A stretch of 64,000 nucleotides of DNA from Bacilli bacterium (GTDB lineage: Bacteria; Bacillota_I; Bacilli_A; RFN20; DUOF01). The position numbers and the translations under genes were made by a program. Shown here piece after piece: positions 57,750 to 64,000 of the stretch. The stretch covers positions 278-64,277 of the forward strand of contig JBGVCT010000009.1 of the NCBI GenBank assembly GCA_045118975.1, in the 5' to 3' direction. The notes under the pieces are model-generated. The model did not search any database and was not told the origin of the DNA. It saw nothing but the letters and a program-made list of their open reading frames with translations. The stretch's first letter is position 1; the number at the start of each line of letters is the position of its first letter.

Positions 57750-58587
57750 ATAAATCACCCACTTCAAAATCATTTAGTGTTAAAAACTCTATTATCTTAC
57801 TAACACTACTACCAGCACCATAAGCAAATTCTCCACCTATAGTAAATCCATATGTGACAATTCCTACTATTTTATAATCATAATTAATAAGCATACCACC
57901 ACTATTACCATTATTAGTAGGAGCATCATAATAGATACATTCATATTCAATATTTGATTCTTTATCAGCACAATCTTCACACTCTACAAAATCATATCTT
58001 AATACTTCTCCAAAAGTAATAACATTCCTTTTACCAAGTGGTTGACCAATAGCAATTATATTTTCTCTAACTTTAGGATCCTCACTTGCAAACTCAGCTA
58101 CTCTTAAAGTCTCATATGCCTTATTAAAAGATAATAAGGCCATATCATATTCAGGATCATAAAACTCTACTCTAGCTACATATTCATTATTTAAATAATC
58201 ATATATGTAATAATTAGTCCTACTAGGATTAAGTGTATATATAACATGATTATTAGTTAATACATAATATCTACCTGCATCTTCTTTAATAATAGTACCA
58301 CTACCACTACTAACACTAGTACCAGTAAAAGTACCTCTAGACTCACTAGTAATCATAACATTAGATTTAATAACATCTAAATTTATCTTGTTAATAAGAG
58401 ATATCATCTCTTCACTAGATAAATTACCTGTTTTATCTTTTAAAGATTTATACTCTTCATTTAATTCTTCAAACTCACTAACAAGAGAATTATGTAATCT
58501 ATTAAGTGAGATTAAAGAGTCTTTATTATCACATGCACAAAAAAGAACAGAAAACACGCATACTATTAACGTAACCACCTTTTTCAT
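57742..58587 (-). CDS. Lipoprotein trypsin-like serine protease (S1C/HtrA-like, no PDZ)
   Basis: Lipobox FCAC; GSGTII, LTNNHV, YDMALL, AIGQPLG, GNSGG; start re-assigned to MKKVV. Confidence 0.9.
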   Translation of the reverse strand: MKKVVTLIVCVFSVLFCACDNKDSLISLNRLHNSLVSEFEELNEEYKSLKDKTGNLSSEEMISLINKINLDVIKSNVMITSESRGTFTGTSVSSGSGTIIKEDAGRYYVLTNNHVIYTLNPSRTNYYIYDYLNNEYVARVEFYDPEYDMALLSFNKAYETLRVAEFASEDPKVRENIIAIGQPLGKRNVITFGEVLRYDFVECEDCADKESNIEYECIYYDAPTNNGNSGGMLINYDYKIVGIVTYGFTIGGEFAYGAGSSVSKIIEFLTLNDFEVGDLYE

Positions 58588-58709
58588 GCTATCACCTCTA
58601 TTAATAATTATAGTCTCAAACCAGACATTATTTCCACCCATTAATAGAATTAAGAAATAAAATAAAACTATTTTTTATAAAAAAGATTAAAAAATGATGT
58701 AAAAACCTC

Positions 58710-58738
58710 TTGACTATGACTTCTCTTTGTATTATTAT
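58710..58738 (+). promoter_or_regulatory. sigmaA promoter of tRNA-Gly
   Basis: TTGACT-N17-TATTAT. Confidence 0.7.
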
Positions 58739-58778
58739 TATCACGCATCAGTTGTCAACCAACTGATTTAATATACAT

Positions 58779-58852
58779 GCAGATGTAGTTCAATGGTAGA
58801 ACACAACCTTGCCAAGGTTGCTACGGGGGTCCGATTCCCCTCATCTGCTCCA
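58779..58852 (+). tRNA. tRNA-Gly (GCC)
   Basis: Acceptor GCAGATG/CATCTGC, U discriminator plus encoded CCA, anticodon arm CAACC-tt-GCC-aa-GGTTG, T arm GGGGG-TCCGATT-CCCCT. Confidence 0.95.
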
Positions 58853-58863
58853 ATAAAATACTC

Positions 58864-58888
58864 AAGAACACCTTAGGGTGTTCTTTTT
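58864..58888 (+). terminator. Terminator after tRNA-Gly
   Basis: AAGAACACC-ttag-GGTGTTCTT-TTT. Confidence 0.85.
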
Positions 58889-59049
58889 CATTATTCATAA
58901 CTGTCTATAAAGTCAAATAAACGATATTTTTCTACAAATCCGGGTAATTTTATATTAATAAAATTCAAAACATTGTTGCCATTAAACAATATTTATTGAT
59001 AATAAATATAAATTATTCTATAATTAGTAAGTCAAAAGGAGTGAATACA

Positions 59050-60546
59050 ATGGAAGAAGTAGAATTAGACTTAACAGAACAAGAAGCAATAAGAAGGGCT
59101 AAACTTGATAAATATAAAGAAAAAGGCATCGATCCATTTGGAGAAAAATATGATAGAAACGCATGGAGTGAAGATTTAAAAGCTGAATATACTGGTTTGA
59201 CTCATGAAGAGTTAGAAGAGAAACATGTAGTTGTAAAAGTAGCTGGTAGAATCATGACTTTAAGAGATATGGGTAAAGTTGCATTTATGCATATTCAAGA
59301 TAAAAAAGGAAAGATTCAAATTTATTTAAGAAAAGATACTTTAGGTGAGGAAACTTGGGAAGTATTCAAATTAGCTGATATTGGAGATATCGTTGGTATT
59401 GAAGGTCAACTAATGGTTACTAAAACTGGAGAACTTTCAATCAAAGCTATTACATATACTCACTTAACTAAAGCTTTAAGACCATTACCTGAAAAGTTCC
59501 ATGGTCTTCAAGATAAGGAAGAAGCTAGAAGAAGAAGATATGTAGACTTAATTATGAATGAAGATAGTAAGAGAATTGCTTTTGCTAGACCAAGAATTAT
59601 AAGAGGTATCCAAAGATATCTAGACAACTTAGGTTTTGTAGAAGTAGAAACTCCTATCCTTGATCATATTCTAGGTGGAGCTAGCGCTAGACCATTCGTT
59701 ACTCATCACAATGCTTTAGATATGGACTTCTATCTAAGAATTGCCACTGAATTACACTTAAAGAGATTAATCGTTGGTGGTATGGAAGGCGTATATGAGA
59801 TTGGTAGATTATTCAGAAATGAAGGTATGGATGCTACTCATAACCCAGAATTTACTACAGTAGAAATTTATGAAGCATATGGTGATTTATCATCTATGAT
59901 GGATTTAGCTGAAGGATTAATTAGAACTCTATCTAGAGATATCAGAGGTAGCGAAGTATTTGAATATCAAGGTAATACTCTAGATATGTCAAAACCATTT
60001 AAGAGACTTAGAATGGTTGATGGTATAAAAGAAATCACAGGTATCGATTTTGCATCTATCACTGATGTAAATGATGCAATCAAGTTAGCTGAAGAACATG
60101 GTATAGAACTTGGTGAACACGAAAAGAATTATGGACATATTGTTAACTTATTCTTTGAAAAGTATGTAGAAGAAACTCTAATTCAACCTACATTCTTATA
60201 TGAGTATCCAATTGAGGTATCTCCACTTACTAAGAAAAATAAAGTTGATCCTAGATACACAGATAGATTCGAATTATTTATCAATGGTAAAGAATTTGGT
60301 AATGCTTATACTGAGTTAAATGACCCAATTGATCAAAAAGAAAGATTCATCAACCAATTAAAAGAAAAAGAATTAGGTAATGATGAAGCTAATGAAATGG
60401 ATATTGACTTTGTAGAATCTCTAGAATATGGTATGCCTCCTACTGGTGGTATTGGTATTGGTATAGATAGATTAGTTATGTTATTAACTAACACTGATAC
60501 TATTAGAGATGTATTATTATTCCCTCACATGAAGAATAATAAATAA
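59050..60546 (+). CDS. lysS: Lysine--tRNA ligase (class II)
   Basis: VAGRIM, KALRPLPEKFHGL, YLRIATEL.LKRL, FRNEG, HNPEFT, GMPPTGG.GIGIDRL; start at MEEV after AAGGAG. Confidence 0.98.
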   Translation: MEEVELDLTEQEAIRRAKLDKYKEKGIDPFGEKYDRNAWSEDLKAEYTGLTHEELEEKHVVVKVAGRIMTLRDMGKVAFMHIQDKKGKIQIYLRKDTLGEETWEVFKLADIGDIVGIEGQLMVTKTGELSIKAITYTHLTKALRPLPEKFHGLQDKEEARRRRYVDLIMNEDSKRIAFARPRIIRGIQRYLDNLGFVEVETPILDHILGGASARPFVTHHNALDMDFYLRIATELHLKRLIVGGMEGVYEIGRLFRNEGMDATHNPEFTTVEIYEAYGDLSSMMDLAEGLIRTLSRDIRGSEVFEYQGNTLDMSKPFKRLRMVDGIKEITGIDFASITDVNDAIKLAEEHGIELGEHEKNYGHIVNLFFEKYVEETLIQPTFLYEYPIEVSPLTKKNKVDPRYTDRFELFINGKEFGNAYTELNDPIDQKERFINQLKEKELGNDEANEMDIDFVESLEYGMPPTGGIGIGIDRLVMLLTNTDTIRDVLLFPHMKNNK

Positions 60547-60563
60547 TAACATTTATAACAAAT

Positions 60564-60594
60564 AAAAAAGCTGGATTTAATTCCAGCTTTTTTT
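60564..60594. terminator. Bidirectional terminator
   Basis: AAAAAAGCTGGA-N6-TCCAGCTTTTTTT. Confidence 0.85.
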
Positions 60595-60598
60595 GTTT

Positions 60599-61423
60599 CT
60601 ATCTTCTTGAAACTTTTGTTCTTTCAGCGCTAGCTTTTGATATTGGCATAATTGTAAATTGTTCTACAGGAGTATAATTACTCTTTAACATTCTTACTTG
60701 AGCCTTATCTTTAGATAGTAAGAAGGCACCATTTGGGTTTGCTTTCAATTCATCAGTTAAATCATAACTTACTTCATCAATTGTAGTAACAAGACCCATA
60801 TTACCATCTTCATCTCTTACTTCTGTTGCATAGCATACATAGTAACTTACTTTGTCATCTTGAACTTTAGCTTTACTAACATTTAAGATTATTCTTTCAT
60901 CAGTAGTAGCTTGTGCTGTAGCAACATTTTCGTTTTCTGATGATGTTACAAGTTCTGCTTCTTTTATAATCTCAGTAAGTTTTTCTAATAGCCCCTTAGT
61001 ATCTAGGTCTTCAATATCATTCTTTTCAATATATTGAAGTACATCATAATATTGTTGCTCACTTACTTCATATGCACATGAGAAGAAATCAATATCATCA
61101 CCCATCATATTCATTGCAGAACCAGTGAATTTAAATAAATACTCACTGTCATTGTTTGTGTACCAATCAAAATATGTTACATCTGCACTTTGATATTCCA
61201 TGTGTGTAGCAATCAAATCATTAAGTTGAGCTTTTGCTTCATTTGTTGCCTTATCAGCAAATATACCTGCTACAGCTACTCCACCAACTAAAAGAAGAGT
61301 AACTGCACCAATGGCAATTGCTGCTGCAGGGTCCATATCTTTACCCAATAAATATCCAGCTGCGAATCCGCCACCGAATCCGCTGCCTCCGCCGCTTCCG
61401 CCGCCGCCACTAGCTAATCCCAT
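60599..61423 (-). CDS. Hypothetical membrane-anchored protein with Gly-rich N-terminus
   Basis: SD AGAGGTG; GGGGSGGGSGFGGGF then a TM helix, acidic ectodomain. Confidence 0.65.
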   Translation of the reverse strand: MGLASGGGGSGGGSGFGGGFAAGYLLGKDMDPAAAIAIGAVTLLLVGGVAVAGIFADKATNEAKAQLNDLIATHMEYQSADVTYFDWYTNNDSEYLFKFTGSAMNMMGDDIDFFSCAYEVSEQQYYDVLQYIEKNDIEDLDTKGLLEKLTEIIKEAELVTSSENENVATAQATTDERIILNVSKAKVQDDKVSYYVCYATEVRDEDGNMGLVTTIDEVSYDLTDELKANPNGAFLLSKDKAQVRMLKSNYTPVEQFTIMPISKASAERTKVSRR

Positions 61424-61549
61424 ATATCAACACCTCTTTATAATTATATTGTATAATATCCAAGCCCCGTTGAAAAGAAATCTCCTAAATTATCAACATA
61501 TATTCCCCCATACTATATAATATTTATTGTAAAGTAGAGGTGTTTTCTA

Positions 61550-62326
61550 ATGCTTGGAGCAATTATTGGAGACTTAGCTGGATCAATATATGAATATGAT
61601 CAAATTAAAAAAGTAAGTAAAATAACTATAGATAACATCATCGAAGAAGATGCTTTCTTTAGCGATGATACTATTTTAACTATAGCTATTTTAGATGCTA
61701 TACTTACTAAATCTAGTTATGAAGACAAACTAAAAGAATGGGCTAATAAATATCTTAATTATCTTCCTAACCATACTCCTTATTTTAAGACAACCTTCTC
61801 TCCTGGATTTACTAAATGGGCAAATAGTAGTGTAATTGGTACTAGCGCTGGAAATGGTGCTATGATGAGAGTATCACCTGTTGGCTATATGTTTAATACT
61901 AAAGAAGAAGTTATAGAAAATGCTAGACTTGCTACTATCCCCTCACACAACTCTAAAGAAGCAATAGAGGCAGCCCAAATTGTAGCACTAATCATCTTTT
62001 ATGCTAGAAAGGGATATTCTAAGCAAGATATTATAAATGAGCTAAATTTAGAGATTAAAGAGCCAAATATAACATCTTTTAATTACACTTGTATGGATAC
62101 AATAGATGTATGCTTATATTCTTTATTTAATTCTTCTTCATTTGAAGATGCCATTAGATTAGCTATATCATTTGGAGGAGATACTGATACTAATGCTTGT
62201 ATTGTTGGAAGTATGGCTGAAGCTATGTATGGAATAAATACCAAACTTAAAGATAAAGCGATTTCTAAATTAGATAAAGAAATGGCTAATATAATAAATA
62301 AAGCTTATAAGAATAAAGTTAAATAA
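61550..62326 (+). CDS. ADP-ribosylglycohydrolase (DraG/ARH family)
   Basis: MLGAIIGD..GS.YE, SDDT, GNGAMMRVSP, SH, GGDTDTNA.I.GS.AEA. Confidence 0.93.
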   Translation: MLGAIIGDLAGSIYEYDQIKKVSKITIDNIIEEDAFFSDDTILTIAILDAILTKSSYEDKLKEWANKYLNYLPNHTPYFKTTFSPGFTKWANSSVIGTSAGNGAMMRVSPVGYMFNTKEEVIENARLATIPSHNSKEAIEAAQIVALIIFYARKGYSKQDIINELNLEIKEPNITSFNYTCMDTIDVCLYSLFNSSSFEDAIRLAISFGGDTDTNACIVGSMAEAMYGINTKLKDKAISKLDKEMANIINKAYKNKVK

Positions 62327-62360
62327 AAAAACAATTTTCAATTTCAAGAAAATTGTTTTT
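62325..62360. terminator. Probable bidirectional terminator
   Basis: AAAAACAATTTTC-N8-GAAAATTGTTTTT between convergent genes. Confidence 0.65.
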
Positions 62361-62367
62361 CTTTTTA

Positions 62368-63435
62368 TCACTTTACTTCAATTTCATATTTTTCTTTTAG
62401 ATAATTGAATTTAGAATACTCGATTTTACCTTCCTTTTGAAGACGTCCTACAACAATGCCTGGATGAATGCCTATACTAGTTGAAAATTTTCTTATAGAC
62501 TCTTCATCATATCCAGTTAGCTTATCTAAACTTTCACTAGGTATAAGAATTTCTTTAGCAAAGTTATCTGCTTCACACTCTATAATAGATTCCATTGCGT
62601 TATCATCGTTCACTATCATTTTTCTTTTATGCTTTTGCAATACATGTTTTAGTTCATGAAAGAAACTAAACCAAAACTTATCATTATATGCTCCCCTTGT
62701 ATTTAGTGCCATCATCACTTTATTATTTCCTATCCATCTAACTACACCATTTATATTAGAATTCTTTAAAGTAGGTAATAGTACAAAAATAACACCACAC
62801 TCTGATAATGTTTTCTTTAATTCGGGATAAAAGTCACTCATATTTTTTAATGTCATACTTCTAAATATATTTATACTATCAACTAATTTTTTTTCATTAA
62901 ATTCACCTACTTCTTCTTTTCTAGCAATATTACTAGCAATAGAAACCCACACATTTTTACATACTATATTTTTGATACTTTCTTCCCTGCTAGTAGAAGT
63001 TCTATAAAATGAATGAATATCATATTTAGAATGAACTGTAAGTGAAGATACAAGTGAAGCAATACGCAATTTAGGAATTGCTTCTTGTATATTATCTTTT
63101 TCTTCAATAATACCTAGAGTAATCAAAAAGTTCTTATCTATCATTTTATATATCTTTTTTTCTTCTTCAAATTGTTCTTGAGCTTCCTTATTAATCTTAT
63201 ATATATCATATCTATTTTGTAAATTAAGCCACATATCAGGACTAGTACCTATTAGATTAGATAGTTTATGGGCTATATCAGGAGTAATAGAAGCACTACC
63301 CGCTAGTATAAGACTAACTTGTTTTCCTGAAATCCCTAAACGTTTAGAAAACTCATCTTGAGTTAATCCAGTTTCTTCTAAATACTCATTTAGATAATAT
63401 CCTGGATGAACCGCTCTCCTTAACATCTCACTCAT
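62368..63435 (-). CDS. higA: HigA-family antitoxin fused to an ImmA/IrrE-like metallopeptidase domain
   Basis: HPGYYL..YL....LTQ.EF..RLG, W.NLQ..YD; FWFSFFHELKH (HExxH), EADNFA, HPGIVVGRLQ. Confidence 0.88.
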   Translation of the reverse strand: MSEMLRRAVHPGYYLNEYLEETGLTQDEFSKRLGISGKQVSLILAGSASITPDIAHKLSNLIGTSPDMWLNLQNRYDIYKINKEAQEQFEEEKKIYKMIDKNFLITLGIIEEKDNIQEAIPKLRIASLVSSLTVHSKYDIHSFYRTSTSREESIKNIVCKNVWVSIASNIARKEEVGEFNEKKLVDSINIFRSMTLKNMSDFYPELKKTLSECGVIFVLLPTLKNSNINGVVRWIGNNKVMMALNTRGAYNDKFWFSFFHELKHVLQKHKRKMIVNDDNAMESIIECEADNFAKEILIPSESLDKLTGYDEESIRKFSTSIGIHPGIVVGRLQKEGKIEYSKFNYLKEKYEIEVK

Positions 63436-63775
63436 AATGTTTACTAACCTCCTCTATCTCCACACATACTGCTTTAGTATATATGCTCATATCATTACAA
63501 ACTATTCTCTTTTCATTTTCATCAAGTGGTGTAATAAGTAATCTATACCCACTTGTCTTTCCTAAATAGATTGAATATAGCCCTTTCAAATCACCTTCCA
63601 ATGAATGTAATTTATATTGTGGCATCATTAGTATATCCCTTAAACAAATCGAATCTTCTATAATATTTATTACAAGCATTAACTTATTGGCAACATCTTT
63701 ACCTAACTCTTTTTTCGCTTTCTTTTCATCATTACACAACTTATACACTTTATTATTTTTATATATAATTCTTAT
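63428..63775 (-). CDS. higB: HigB/RelE-like toxin (plasmid-maintenance killer type)
   Basis: Y.NNK..KLC.D...A.K.LG, LHSLEGDLKG.YSI.L....RL, IEEVSKHYE; toxin-first order; start uncertain (ATA 63775 or TTG 63796). Confidence 0.85.
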   Translation of the reverse strand: MRIIYKNNKVYKLCNDEKKAKKELGKDVANKLMLVINIIEDSICLRDILMMPQYKLHSLEGDLKGLYSIYLGKTSGYRLLITPLDENEKRIVCNDMSIYTKAVCVEIEEVSKHYE

Positions 63776-63805
63776 ACAAACCGCCTTCCATTTCAATATT
63801 TCATT

Positions 63806-63858
63806 TTACCATTTTGGTAATTTCAATTAATTATAACATATTTATTATAAATATTCAA
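63806..63858 (-). promoter_or_regulatory. higBA promoter and palindromic operator
   Basis: TTGAAT(63858-53)-N17-TATAAT(63835-30) with TGn extension; palindrome TTACCA-ttt-TGGTAA at 63806-63820. Confidence 0.7.
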
Positions 63859-64000
63859 CTACTATCTTTTAAAAGAAAGTATAGTAGTTCATATTCTTAT
63901 TTTTCCTCCTAACAATACCATTACCCTTATGTCAAAAAAAGTTCCCGTTTACAATAAAAAAATAGAAGATGATTTTTCACCTTCTATTTTGTACTTCTTT

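Noticed and set aside
53896-58852. Integrative element inserted at tRNA-Gly
   Set aside because: No integrase and no duplicated tRNA 3' end seen; the accessory genes lie 5' of the tRNA.
58890-59049. T-box or lysine riboswitch before lysS
   Set aside because: Very AT-rich leader with no T-box motif (AAGGTGGTACC-like) or terminator hairpin visible.

Overview
AT-rich chromosomal window from a low-GC Bacillota (Bacilli-like; standard code 11, TGA is stop), probably a reduced-genome, spore-forming gut lineage (taxonomy is inference). Left to right: a glycerol/lipid scavenging operon (lipase-glpK-partial glpO), degV, a heterodimeric ABC exporter, the tsaE-tsaB-rimI-tsaD operon, an 8025-aa membrane-anchored Ig-repeat surface protein, three spore-coat genes with a perfect Spo0A-type box upstream, a six-gene NAD+ recycling operon ending in a NadD-NrtR fusion, the core yloU-fakA-recG-plsX-rnc-ftsY-ylxM-ffh block, an accessory stretch, tRNA-Gly, lysS, an ADP-ribosylglycohydrolase and a HigB/HigA-type TA pair. 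The best candidate for an undescribed system is 54407-57046. It is a coupled three-gene operon: a ~676-aa internally duplicated protein with two RxxxxH HEPN motifs, an MNT-like protein that lacks the catalytic motif, and a DUF86/HepT-like protein that lacks RxxxxH, all behind a palindrome-covered promoter. No CRISPR array or transposase is visible. All calls come from reading motifs by eye; no searches were run.
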